From an uncultured Syntrophaceae bacterium (GTDB lineage Bacteria > Desulfobacterota > Syntrophia > Syntrophales > UBA8958), in NCBI GenBank assembly GCA_964645835.1, contig CAZYDG010000043.1, forward strand, positions 9,063-73,062: 64,000 nt of DNA. The letters run 5' to 3'. Shown here piece after piece: positions 39,523 through 49,147 of this stretch. How positions within the stretch are numbered: position 1 is the stretch's first letter; every line of letters begins with the position of its first letter. The position numbers were made by a program, and so were the translations under genes. The notes under the pieces are model-generated. The model saw only the letters and a program-made list of their open reading frames with translations, was not told the origin of the DNA and did not search any database.

Positions 39523-39924
39523 ATGAAAGAGACAAAACAAAGACATAGGCAGGGGGGCTTCACACTTATTGAAATCCTGATCGTGGTCATTATCATCGGG
39601 CTCATTGCCTCTCTTGTGGCGCCGAACCTGATCGGCCGGTATGAACGGTCGAAGGAAGAAATTGCCAAGGCCCAGGTAGAAATGCTCTCGTCGGGCGTCA
39701 TGTCCTTTAAGCTGGATATGAACCGTTATCCGACCAGCTTTGATGAACTGGTTAAATCGACGGATGCGAAGTGGCGCGGCCCTTACCTTTCCAAGCAAAC
39801 CATCCCGCAAGACCCATGGGGGAGGGACTACGTATATAAAGTCCCCGGCGATCACGGGCCGTTTGATATCTATTCTCTGGGTGACAGCGGAAAACTGGAC
39901 GATAAATCGCCCAGGAACTGGTAA
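39523..39924 (+). CDS. gspG: Type II secretion major pseudopilin GspG
   Basis: 133 aa. Prepilin leader and cleavage site QGG/FTLIEILIVV. The C-terminus DPWGR.Y.Y..PG.HG.FD..SLG.DG is GspG-specific. Confidence 0.9.
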   Translation: MKETKQRHRQGGFTLIEILIVVIIIGLIASLVAPNLIGRYERSKEEIAKAQVEMLSSGVMSFKLDMNRYPTSFDELVKSTDAKWRGPYLSKQTIPQDPWGRDYVYKVPGDHGPFDIYSLGDSGKLDDKSPRNW

Positions 39925-39926
39925 GC

Positions 39927-41603
39927 ATGTCTTTCGAACAGATTTTAAAAGACAGCTACGGCGTCACGGAAGATGACTTCAACAAGGCGCTGAAGCTTCA
40001 AACCGAAATGGGCGGTCAGATTGGCCGCATCCTGGTCCAGGTCGGGTCTATTACGTATACCCAGTTGATGGAGGCGCTAGCTAAGAGCATGAATGTGCCA
40101 CTCTTTAGCGGCGACTGGGAACAGAACGGTGACTTGATCACCTTCCTCGATGGTCATCTAAACTATGGATATCTCCTGCGCAACAACGTTTTGCCTATCG
40201 GTATAGACCATGAACACAAGGTGTTATCTGTTGTAACCGACGATCCCTTCAATACATCCATTTCAGATTATATAGTAAACAATCTCGGCTACCGCGTGGC
40301 CATATCACTGGCGACGGAAGATACGATCAAGGACCTGTCCAAAGACTATACGGATGGACAAACGGGGGAATTCGTATCCCTCGAGTTTGAGGAAGATGCC
40401 GCGAAGCTCAAGGAGATGGCCTTTGAAGCCCCGGTGATCAAATTTCTCAATAATCTGATCAGTAAGGCAGTTGAAATCAGGGCTTCCGATATCCATCTGG
40501 AATCGTCGGAACGCAGATACCGTGTTCGCTTCAGGATCGACGGTATTCTCCAGGATATCGAATTTCTTGATGAGCAATTTTTCCTGGCAACCGTTTCGCG
40601 TATCAAACTCCTTGCCAGTCTCGATATCGCGGAAAAAAGATTGCCCCAGGATGGCAAATTTACGACCAAGATCGCTTCCCTGCTGTTGGATATCCGTGTT
40701 TCCACCATGCCCACCATCAGTGGCGGCGGCGTCGTGATGAGACTCCTGTATCGGGAGAAGATTTCTTTCGATCTTGAATACCTGGGGCTTGATGTGGATC
40801 ACAAGGAGTTGGTGGTCAACCTCATTTCACGTTCGTATGGCATGCTTCTCGTCACGGGTCCGACCGGTTCGGGCAAGACGACCACCCTCTATTCGATGCT
40901 TACGCGTTTGAACGATCCGGAACGAAAGATCATTACCATCGAGGACCCCGTCGAATATCAATTGGAAGGGATCAATCAGATCCAGACAAAAAGCGAGATC
41001 GGGCTCACATTTGCCAGCGCTCTGCGTTCCATCCTGAGACACGATCCCGATATTATCATGGTCGGCGAGATCCGGGACAGGGAAACGGCAGAAATATCCA
41101 TTCAGTCTGCTTTGACGGGACATTTCGTTTTTTCCACACTCCATACGAACGATGCACCGAGTAGTCTGTTTCGGCTCGTAGAAATGGGTGTGGCTGATTA
41201 TCTCCTCAATGCGGCGGTAGTCGGCGTGATGGCCCAACGAATCGTAAGAAAAAATTGCCCCTTTTGCCTGGAGCCGGAAGCCTTGCCCGACATCCTCTTG
41301 GAAGAATACGCCTTTAATGAGATTGTCGCTAAATATTCGAACCTTGCGCCGGAAGGATTGAAGGCAATGAAGGGAAAAGGGTGCTCAAAATGTGCGGGTA
41401 CGGGTTATAAAGGCCGAATCGCTATCTTTGAAATATTTGAATATAAGGAAGAACTCAAGCAGGTCTTTCTGAAGAGATTGTCCCTTGAGGATATGAGGGT
41501 CGCGTTGCATGCAGACGGTAATTATCGAACCCTCCGGGAAGACGGAATCCTTAAAGTGGCAAAGGGTCTGACGACACTGGAAGAGGTATTGCGCGTATGC
41601 TGA
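39927..41603 (+). CDS. gspE: GspE/PilB-family secretion ATPase
   Basis: 558 aa. Walker A VTGPTGSGKTTT, Asp/His boxes, and a tetracysteine CPFC...CSKCAGTG. Confidence 0.92.
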   Translation: MSFEQILKDSYGVTEDDFNKALKLQTEMGGQIGRILVQVGSITYTQLMEALAKSMNVPLFSGDWEQNGDLITFLDGHLNYGYLLRNNVLPIGIDHEHKVLSVVTDDPFNTSISDYIVNNLGYRVAISLATEDTIKDLSKDYTDGQTGEFVSLEFEEDAAKLKEMAFEAPVIKFLNNLISKAVEIRASDIHLESSERRYRVRFRIDGILQDIEFLDEQFFLATVSRIKLLASLDIAEKRLPQDGKFTTKIASLLLDIRVSTMPTISGGGVVMRLLYREKISFDLEYLGLDVDHKELVVNLISRSYGMLLVTGPTGSGKTTTLYSMLTRLNDPERKIITIEDPVEYQLEGINQIQTKSEIGLTFASALRSILRHDPDIIMVGEIRDRETAEISIQSALTGHFVFSTLHTNDAPSSLFRLVEMGVADYLLNAAVVGVMAQRIVRKNCPFCLEPEALPDILLEEYAFNEIVAKYSNLAPEGLKAMKGKGCSKCAGTGYKGRIAIFEIFEYKEELKQVFLKRLSLEDMRVALHADGNYRTLREDGILKVAKGLTTLEEVLRVC

Positions 41604-42802
41604 GCCTCTTTGCCTATAAGGCCCTGGATGCTTCCGGCCAGGAAAATAAAGGGACGATCAGTGCGGCAAATTCGTCCGAAGCGGTGCTGGCACTCAGGTC
41701 ACGGGGACTTGTTGTCATTGATCTCAACGAACGAAGAGAGATGACCAAGAAAGGGATTCGTTTTGCCAGGCGCTTCGGCCAACAGGACCTTTACAGTGTC
41801 GCCAGGGAATTGAGCACCCTGCTTCGATCCGGCATGCGGATCGACAAATCTCTTGAAATCTTGATCTCAGCAACATCGAAACAAGACCTGAAACAGGTTC
41901 TTGAAGGGATTTTGACGGATATAAAGGCCGGCCGGGATGTGGCTGAAGCCTTCGGACGAACGGGACGGTTCAGTTCTTTCCTGGTCAGCATGATCCACGT
42001 CGGCGAGGCCGTTGGGGCGCTTCAGCCCGCATTTGAAAATATCGCCCAATATCTTCGTTTCCAGATTCAGTTCAAATCGGAGATTCGGGGGGCGCTGACC
42101 TATCCAGTTTTTCTGATCTTTGCCAGTATCCTGACATTTGTAGTCATCTTCAATTTTATCGTTCCAAGATTTTTCAGCATCTTCGGTACGAACCTGACCA
42201 GCCTGCCCCTGCCGGCCAAAATTCTCTATACCTTAAGCGGGTGGTTGAGTTTCAGAAATATCGCCATTTGCCTGGCCGTGGCGGCACTCGTCGTATTTGC
42301 CAATAAAATGAATCCGACAAAATTCAAATTGCCCAACTGGTCCTCTTATCTGATCCGTATTCCCATGATGGGGAATCTCATTTTAAACCTGGAACTGTCG
42401 CGATTTTCCTATTCCATGTATTCTATCCTCTCGAGCGGTGTGACCTTTATTCAGGCACTAAGCTTGTCCGCTTCCCTGATACAGAATGAACATCTTCGGC
42501 ATCCGATAACATCCCTTGTCGGCCAGATCAAGGAAGGCAAGAAGATTTCCGATGTTTTCATGCAGGTCAATATACTTCCGGATATATACCCCAATATGAT
42601 AATGGTCGGCGAAGAGAGCGGCAACCTCAAAGATATCTTCTTTGAACTTTATCAGATTTTCGATGAGCGCTTCAAGAACAGCATCAAGATGGTTTTGACG
42701 CTTGTAGAGCCTATAATTATTCTGTTGATGGGACTACTCGTCGGCTTTATCGTCATTACGCTGATTCTGACCGTTATGAGCGTCAGCAGCATTAAATTGT
42801 AA
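41597..42802 (+). CDS. gspF: GspF/PilC-family inner-membrane platform protein
   Basis: 401 aa. Two repeated T2SSF-type domains and 3 TM segments. Overlaps the gspE stop. Confidence 0.9.
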   Translation: MLSLFAYKALDASGQENKGTISAANSSEAVLALRSRGLVVIDLNERREMTKKGIRFARRFGQQDLYSVARELSTLLRSGMRIDKSLEILISATSKQDLKQVLEGILTDIKAGRDVAEAFGRTGRFSSFLVSMIHVGEAVGALQPAFENIAQYLRFQIQFKSEIRGALTYPVFLIFASILTFVVIFNFIVPRFFSIFGTNLTSLPLPAKILYTLSGWLSFRNIAICLAVAALVVFANKMNPTKFKLPNWSSYLIRIPMMGNLILNLELSRFSYSMYSILSSGVTFIQALSLSASLIQNEHLRHPITSLVGQIKEGKKISDVFMQVNILPDIYPNMIMVGEESGNLKDIFFELYQIFDERFKNSIKMVLTLVEPIIILLMGLLVGFIVITLILTVMSVSSIKL

Positions 42803-42827
42803 AATAATCCCTATGATCGGGAGCAAG

Positions 42828-43229
42828 ATGACAGAGAAAGGGTTCAGTCTGATCGAACTGCTTTTGGTTGTCTCTATCATCGGGTTGATGTTTTCGGTTG
42901 CCCTTCCTGTTTCGTTCAATATGTACAGCAACTATAAGGCCTCAATTAAGGCCCAGGAAATAATGGTTTATACATCCGGTATACGGCGGGAAGCCTTTCT
43001 TTACAGCGAAAGAAAAGTGTTGTCTTCAAAAGACAATGTCATGACCGTGAACAGCGAGAAAAAGAATTTTGATAATGTAAAGGTGCAGATCAGCTCTCCC
43101 ATAGAATTCTTCCGAAATGGGACGACCAATGGGGGGATGATTAAGATCGTGGTCGATGACCAGATTTATCAATTGAATGTCCTACCTCCAGTGGGAGATC
43201 TTGCCCTTTCGAGAGGCGATGGCTCTTAA
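42828..43229 (+). CDS. Minor pseudopilin (GspH-like)
   Basis: Prepilin N-terminus MTEKG/FSLIELLLVVSIIGL. The ATG 42828 start follows GGGAG. The track start at 42813 lacks an RBS. Confidence 0.7.
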   Translation: MTEKGFSLIELLLVVSIIGLMFSVALPVSFNMYSNYKASIKAQEIMVYTSGIRREAFLYSERKVLSSKDNVMTVNSEKKNFDNVKVQISSPIEFFRNGTTNGGMIKIVVDDQIYQLNVLPPVGDLALSRGDGS

Positions 43230-43647
43230 CTCAAACGGCAGGAAGGGTTTTCTCGTCCTGGAGATTCTGATTGCCGGTCTTATCCTTACCTCGAGTATCG
43301 CGGCGACCATGTACATGTTTCATATGGGGAGCCTGTATCTTGATAAGGTGAATCAATCGAATATGCTGTCGTCAAAGCTTATTCAGGTAAGCAACATTTT
43401 CAAGGTTGTGCCCCTCGAAAACAGTTCGGGTACGGAAGACATGGGTGATGGGGTCCTCATGACATGGAAGTCGCAACTGATCTCATCGGCCAAACCACAG
43501 ATTGGCGAGGGTGAAGATGCCTTGCCTTCCCTGCATGAACTCATGCTGTACCTGGTGAGTTTTGATCTTGCCTATCAAGGCAATACAAGAAGCTATCAGA
43601 TCAATGTCTTTCGCTATAAACCATTGTCATCGGGGGAAACCGACTAG
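43219..43647 (+). CDS. Minor pseudopilin-like protein (GspI position)
   Basis: Start reset to ATG 43219, giving MALNSNGRKG/FLVLEILIAGLIL, with Glu at +5 after Gly-Phe. Confidence 0.55.
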   Translation: MALNSNGRKGFLVLEILIAGLILTSSIAATMYMFHMGSLYLDKVNQSNMLSSKLIQVSNIFKVVPLENSSGTEDMGDGVLMTWKSQLISSAKPQIGEGEDALPSLHELMLYLVSFDLAYQGNTRSYQINVFRYKPLSSGETD

Positions 43648-44299
43648 GGGCTATACCCTGGTTGAGGTCATGGTGGCTATGGTCATTCTGACGTCCATGC
43701 TGTTCCTGGGCGGCATGGCCATTAATCAAGGGCTCCGTCAGTACCATGGCCTCGTGGAGCAAGGCCTCAATTTCTGGGAATATGCAAAAACGCTATGGAT
43801 CGACAAGAGTTGCAACTCGGCAACGGACTATTACGTGTATACGAGAAGCGATGGATGGTTCCCCTACTTCAAAGGCGATCAGGAAGGGCTTTCGTTTGTC
43901 TCCTTGGCGCCTTTTGCAAACGATACGCCAGTTGCTATTTGGATAAGAAACGTTTCTGAAAAAGATGGATCTCGTTCGCTTGTATATTACGAATTGCCCG
44001 TTTATACGAAAACTTATGAAGATTTAGACCGGGACTATGTCTTCGGCGATTATAAAAAAGGAAGATCTTACAAGATTCTGGAAAATTTCAGCGCCATCGA
44101 ATTCAGCTTCTATGGTTATGATGTGCAGACAGGAAAAACCGTCTGGTCCAATCAATATGAGGGCAAGGCTATGAAACGGCTGCCTTCTTTAGTCAAAATT
44201 TCCTATCGGCATCACAAAACCGGCAAGGGGGTCTTGCTGTTAAGCATGAATGTTAATGCGCTCTTGAAAGCCGGTTATAATGAAGCCTATGTCAGATAG
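43604..44299 (+). CDS. Minor pseudopilin-like protein (GspJ position)
   Basis: Start reset to ATG 43604, giving ...KPTRG/YTLVEVMVAMVIL. About 230 aa, as for GspJ. Confidence 0.55.
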   Translation: MSFAINHCHRGKPTRGYTLVEVMVAMVILTSMLFLGGMAINQGLRQYHGLVEQGLNFWEYAKTLWIDKSCNSATDYYVYTRSDGWFPYFKGDQEGLSFVSLAPFANDTPVAIWIRNVSEKDGSRSLVYYELPVYTKTYEDLDRDYVFGDYKKGRSYKILENFSAIEFSFYGYDVQTGKTVWSNQYEGKAMKRLPSLVKISYRHHKTGKGVLLLSMNVNALLKAGYNEAYVR

Positions 44300-45218
44300 G
44301 CAAGGCTCCGTTACGATTTTGATTATGCTGATCGCCGCTGTTCTGATCACGGTGGGATTGGGATTCAACTGGTTGGTAAAAGAGCACGTCAGTTCTTCCG
44401 AGGGGTTAAAGAGCAAGGCTGAGGCAATTATCAAGGCCCGGTCGACTTTTGATACTGTTATCTTTTTGATCCTAACAGGCCGGGTACTGGCGAAAGAAGT
44501 GGCTACACCGGGGGGTGAATCTATCGCAGGGATAGTCACTCTGCCCCTTAACGGACAATTGGTAAAACTGGGGGAAGGAGTCAGTGTTCGAATTCAGGAG
44601 AGTAATGGTGCTATCTCCCTGTGGCATACAACCAGCCTAGAGAATAAAGCTGCTTTAGAGCGGTTGATTCAGCTATATGCCAAAGATCGCGACCATGATC
44701 AAAATCCTGCAGACAATTTATGGGACTGGATCGATGAGGATGATCTAGCCCGGACCAACGGTGCAGAAGCGGCTTATTATAAAGGAAAGGGATTGCATTA
44801 CGTGCCCAGGAATTATGCCCTCCAATCATTGGACGAACTTAAATTAATAAAAGGCTTTGACGAAAGCTTGCTTGACAAACTGGATAAAAGTTTGACTCTT
44901 CTACCCAAGACGGGTTTCAATCCGAATACGGCTTCGGACGATGTATTAATGGCCTATCTGAAATTTGACGAGCAAGCGATGAAGACTATGAAAGAGTATT
45001 TGGCCGATAAGCCAGTTTCATCGGATCGTGAGATGCTCTCTTTGACGGGGCAGAGCATTACAAAGGATGTGGATGCGATCTACTTTAGGCCATCACCCTA
45101 TATGGATGTGACAATTGATGTGGGAACACCTCGAAAAGTTTACAGTATCAAGGCCGGCTTGTTTATCGCCCAGAAAAAATACGCACCCTACAGTGTGTTA
45201 TCGTGGAAAGAGGAATAG
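44280..45218 (+). CDS. gspK: GspK-like pseudopilus tip protein
   Basis: 312 aa. N-terminal hydrophobic segment GSVTILIMLIAAVLI without Glu5. Contains DWIDEDD...NGAE..YY and L.S..EL.LIKG, hallmarks of T2SSK. Confidence 0.75.
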   Translation: MKPMSDRQGSVTILIMLIAAVLITVGLGFNWLVKEHVSSSEGLKSKAEAIIKARSTFDTVIFLILTGRVLAKEVATPGGESIAGIVTLPLNGQLVKLGEGVSVRIQESNGAISLWHTTSLENKAALERLIQLYAKDRDHDQNPADNLWDWIDEDDLARTNGAEAAYYKGKGLHYVPRNYALQSLDELKLIKGFDESLLDKLDKSLTLLPKTGFNPNTASDDVLMAYLKFDEQAMKTMKEYLADKPVSSDREMLSLTGQSITKDVDAIYFRPSPYMDVTIDVGTPRKVYSIKAGLFIAQKKYAPYSVLSWKEE

Positions 45219-45225
45219 GCGGGAT

Positions 45226-46428
45226 ATGGGGATGATGATTGCATACTGGGATAGGGAAAGACTTGATATTTACCGTATCGTCAACAAACGGCCGGTCAGA
45301 TTTGCAGCTGGAAGTCTCGACAAGCTAACTCCCGTTAGGAAGGTTGCCGATAAAAAGATCTTGATTATCGGCAGGGATCGTCTTGTTCACCTGAAAAAAA
45401 GATACCCCCCGGCGCCTGAAGAGACTTTGCGAAAGGCAGTCGATCTGGAAATCGGGGAACTGGTCCCGCTGACCCATCCGGCCTGTCATTGCCGAATCTT
45501 TGAATCATACGGCACCCATATCATGCTGGATATATGGGCATGGGAAACTGATCAATATGCCCGCCTGAATGAGGTTTTCCCTTTCAACGCTGTCGTTCCG
45601 GAGGATATTCTCTTTTCGTCTGCCAATCCTGAGATGTCGATTTATCATCATCAGGGTGCCGTTAATATGCTTGTTCACGGTCAAGGGAAATTCTTTGCCG
45701 GCGCTACGTTCCCCACGGAAACGTTCAGTCAGGGCGACATGGACCGGTTTATCGAAGGGCTCGCCCAGTACCGGGTCGATATAACAAAAATCAAGATATA
45801 TGGAACATTGCCTTTTTCGCTGGCTGGTCGACAACTTCCGGAAATCGCCAATGTTTCTGCTCCTGCGTATCCTCCATGTCTGGACTATTTTGATTTATTG
45901 GACCTGAAAAAGTTCCGCGTAAGGCGTGATTACCATTTTTTAGAGAAAAAAGATTTCATATTAAGACTCTTCATATATCTGATTCTAGGTTATGTCCTCA
46001 TGCTCTACCTTACCATGAGAAACTATGATGAAGTCTCCTCCGCCATCAAGTTGAAACTCAATCTTCTGGATCGGCAGGTATCGGCCTTGACGATAGACCG
46101 CGGTGAGACGGCAGACAGTCAAGATACCCTCGTCAAGGAACTCAATGAGAAGATATCCTCAAGGCAATCCGCCCTCTCCGCCATGACGGTATTGGCCCGG
46201 AGGCTTCCCAAGGGCAGTTTCGTTACACGAATGGTTTTCAATGGGAACAATACGGATATTTCTTTGTCTTCAAAAGAGCCCTTGGCTGTTCTTCGATTAT
46301 TGGGGAATGCACCGGAGATTAAAAAGGTCAGCATGAAGGGGCCGCCGGTTAAAGATCGAAGCACGGCTTCATACAATTTCAACATGACCATCGAGTTTAT
46401 CCGGTTGCCTGGTAGCGAGTCGATATGA
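45226..46428 (+). CDS. GspL-like assembly protein (PilM-like cytoplasmic domain + TM + PilN-like periplasmic domain)
   Basis: Start reset to ATG 45226, after the gspK stop. A single TM segment ILRLFIYLILGYVLMLYL lies at about residue 245. The call rests on architecture and position, not on recognised motifs. Confidence 0.45.
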   Translation: MGMMIAYWDRERLDIYRIVNKRPVRFAAGSLDKLTPVRKVADKKILIIGRDRLVHLKKRYPPAPEETLRKAVDLEIGELVPLTHPACHCRIFESYGTHIMLDIWAWETDQYARLNEVFPFNAVVPEDILFSSANPEMSIYHHQGAVNMLVHGQGKFFAGATFPTETFSQGDMDRFIEGLAQYRVDITKIKIYGTLPFSLAGRQLPEIANVSAPAYPPCLDYFDLLDLKKFRVRRDYHFLEKKDFILRLFIYLILGYVLMLYLTMRNYDEVSSAIKLKLNLLDRQVSALTIDRGETADSQDTLVKELNEKISSRQSALSAMTVLARRLPKGSFVTRMVFNGNNTDISLSSKEPLAVLRLLGNAPEIKKVSMKGPPVKDRSTASYNFNMTIEFIRLPGSESI

Positions 46429-46979
46429 TCAATATTATTCCCCAGAAAGATTTGAAGACCATCGGTATCTATCTTATCGTTGCTTTGGCGCTGATCCGAT
46501 TCCTGGTCTATCCCCTTTATGCATCCGTCGACGGGCGGAAGAAGAGCCTTGCCGAGCAATATGAAAACTATCAAGTTAAGGTTGCGCTACTCGAGAGGCA
46601 AATTGCGGAAAGGCAAAAAAATGAACATAATGCCAAGTCACCGGTCTCTGATCCCAAGGTGATCTTATCAAAATACTATGATAAGAATATCAAATTCCCT
46701 AATATCCAAGCGGATCTGATCGAATCGCTCATCAAAATATCCGAAAAGAAAGGTATGACCGTCATTGATTTCGAATTGTTGGAGCCGGTTGCAGGTCCAA
46801 ATATCAGCGAGATACCTGTGTTGATCAGGATCAGCGGTCAGTCGGGTGCTTTTGTGGACGTTCTCAGGGAGATAGAACGAAGTGACAAGGTCTTGGTGGT
46901 AAAATCGATGGAGATTAATAAAATTGGAGCGGAATTCCGCTTTTTCTTGACCTTGTCGTCTTTCCGGATAGAGAAATGA
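46425..46979 (+). CDS. GspM/PilO-like bitopic protein
   Basis: 184 aa with an N-terminal TM (IGIYLIVALALIRFLVY) followed by a coiled segment. ATGA start/stop overlaps on both sides. Confidence 0.45.
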   Translation: MINIIPQKDLKTIGIYLIVALALIRFLVYPLYASVDGRKKSLAEQYENYQVKVALLERQIAERQKNEHNAKSPVSDPKVILSKYYDKNIKFPNIQADLIESLIKISEKKGMTVIDFELLEPVAGPNISEIPVLIRISGQSGAFVDVLREIERSDKVLVVKSMEINKIGAEFRFFLTLSSFRIEK

Positions 46980-47713
46980 TTAAAAAGTTTTTACCGGATG
47001 TCTCGGGCCTTATATTCATCGCCGTTGTGGCCTTTCTTGTTGCAAGCAAGCCAGGTATCAATCTGACGGTAAAAGCAAAGGCTGTTCCGCAACAGATAAA
47101 GAACACTTCTGTTCCGGTTGCCGTGCCTCCAAAGAACATAGCGGTCTCATCGTCCTCATCGCCTCAGGAGGCGCTGCTTGAAAGGAATATTTTTGCCGAA
47201 AGCGGGAGCTATGCCATCGATGCCAAAGCAAAGCCGGTTTTGCCGGAAATCCCTTATCAGCTCATTGCCATTCTTAATGGAAAAGAAAACAAAGCGGTCT
47301 TCAGGGAGTATACCGGTGCCATTATCAACATGACCACGGGTAAAAAAATGATTGATGATTATGTTATCATTACGATAAATAATACGTCCGTTGAACTTCA
47401 AAGGGGGAAAGAAAAGAAGGGATTGCAATTGTTTAATGCCGCAGTCAGCCATCAACCGGCGAAGGCAATGGAACAGCATAAAAACAAGACTCTTTCTCCC
47501 GTAATATACACATTGATCGGCATCCTGGGTGGCCAGGAGAAAAAGGCCGTTTTGCGCAGTGCCAATGGAGTCGTTTCCATTATGCCGGTTGGGGGAATGC
47601 TCGGTGATGGTTCCGTTATTTCCGTTATTACGCCTCTTTCAGTGAAACTCAAGCAAGGGAAGAAAGAAACGGAGTTGAAAATGTTCGATGCCACCAGGAC
47701 GATGGGACGATGA
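46976..47713 (+). CDS. GspC/PilP-like protein with two tandem HR-like domains
   Basis: 245 aa with an N-terminal TM. There is an internal duplication: residues ~93-153 (YQLIAILNGKENKAVFRE...VELQRGKEKKGLQLF) versus ~177-237 (YTLIGILGGQEKKAVLRS...VKLKQGKKETELKMF). Confidence 0.5.
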   Translation: MIKKFLPDVSGLIFIAVVAFLVASKPGINLTVKAKAVPQQIKNTSVPVAVPPKNIAVSSSSSPQEALLERNIFAESGSYAIDAKAKPVLPEIPYQLIAILNGKENKAVFREYTGAIINMTTGKKMIDDYVIITINNTSVELQRGKEKKGLQLFNAAVSHQPAKAMEQHKNKTLSPVIYTLIGILGGQEKKAVLRSANGVVSIMPVGGMLGDGSVISVITPLSVKLKQGKKETELKMFDATRTMGR

Positions 47714-47717
47714 AAGT

Positions 47718-48944
47718 ATGCGTTATTTTGATAGTGTACCGATACTGATGGCCACCATTATGGCTATCATGTTGCTCACTGCAAGCAGCGCAGAATCGGC
47801 TGATGTGTACGTTTTTACCGATGGGGGGGAGACCACCTATTATACGAATATGCCTGGGCCGGGGCGTGTCAAGGTGAAATTGCCTCTTGTAAAACCTAAA
47901 GTCAAAGCAGTGGGATCAGCGCGTTCGGTGATAATTCGTGACCGGAAAGACTATGAACCTGTTATTACTGATGTGGAAAATAGGAGAAAAAAAGTAGCGA
48001 ATATTGTTTTTTCATTTTACATTCGAAGGATTTTTAGAATTATCCCAGCTGCAATTTTTTGTATAGTTATTTCCCTATCTTTGTCCTGGGTATCTGGTCA
48101 GGGATCAGTTTTTGGGAACATGGATATCAATCTGACCTCAGTTTTTTCGATTCTTACATTGCATTATAATATTTTGCTGGCTTTGGATTGGCCTAGCCGT
48201 ATCCATTGGCAAACCTTTGGTTTTTTTTGGAGTTTAATGGTTGAAGAACAGTTTTATCTGCTCTTTCCATTTCTTCTATTGGCTTTTCGAACCGTGCAGA
48301 AGAAAGTAGCTATCTTGACGATCCTATTGCTACTAGCACTAGTGCTACAAATCATTGTCGGAATGCACAACAACGTTATATTGTATAAATTATTTCGTTT
48401 CGATGGATTAATGATTGGCGTTTTGTTGTATTTTTTTACTAAGAGCAGATTTTATCAAGCATTTGATATCTTTAAGTTTAAAAATACATTTACGTCTCTT
48501 ACCTATAACCTGATGTTGCTGAGCCTTTTACTTTTTGTCCAAGGCATGCATGAAATTTCCTTCCATCCATTTTTGTCCGCAATTCTTTCTGGTGTTTTTG
48601 TGCTTGCTGCAACGTATCAGCATGATAGCATTTTCCCTCTAAAGCCGTTCGCGTCGATGCTGACTTGGGCCGGTAACAGGTCTTATAGTCTATATTTGCT
48701 TCATAGCCTTGCACTTAGCATTACTGTGACCTTATGGGATTTTTATGCACATCAGGTTGGAAAGGTTTTGGGTTCCGGGGATGAAATTATGATGGCTTTG
48801 ACTTCTATTATTATTATTCTAATCTTGGTTGAGTTTTCTTACAGGGTTATTGAGCGTCCGTTGATAAAATTTGGCAAGTTTGTTTCCGATAGAGTGGAGT
48901 CACCAGTAAGTGTTTCGCTAGCGATGCACAGACCTTTCCCTTAG
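47718..48944 (+). pseudogene. Chimeric ORF: DUF4124/lytic-transglycosylase N-terminus fused to an N-terminally truncated acyltransferase-3
   Basis: Residues 1-85 give a signal peptide, ADVYVFTDGGETTYYTN (DUF4124-like) and RDRKDYEPVITD. From about residue 98, FYIRRIFRIIPAAIF and 7-8 TM segments belong to acyltransferase_3, but the first part carrying the conserved His/FFxxSG is missing. There is a sharp shift to A/T-rich sequence at about 47970. Confidence 0.5.
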
Positions 48945-49147
48945 GCCATCCGACTTGGATAGTGGGTCGTATATTTTAAAATGCAGGGGCAGAAAAAAAT
49001 TAGCGGGTGATCAGTGGCGAAAGATTGCATTGCTATATAGAGATTGTTTCCTCAATGTTGTATGAGATTATCGATTTGAGTTCCTTATTTTAGGGTCATT
49101 CTTGACAGAAATAGGGATGAGATTATGCAAAGGAGAAATTTTAATAA

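Noticed and set aside
39367-39855. 162-aa minus-strand ORF overlapping the gspG leader and gene
   Set aside because: It is antisense to a textbook GspG and runs through the conserved leader motif. There is no RBS or motif support.
49103-49130. Possible promoter TTGACA-N16-TATGCA upstream of rmlA
   Set aside because: The -10 hexamer is poor, and the implied transcription start would fall on the ribosome-binding site.
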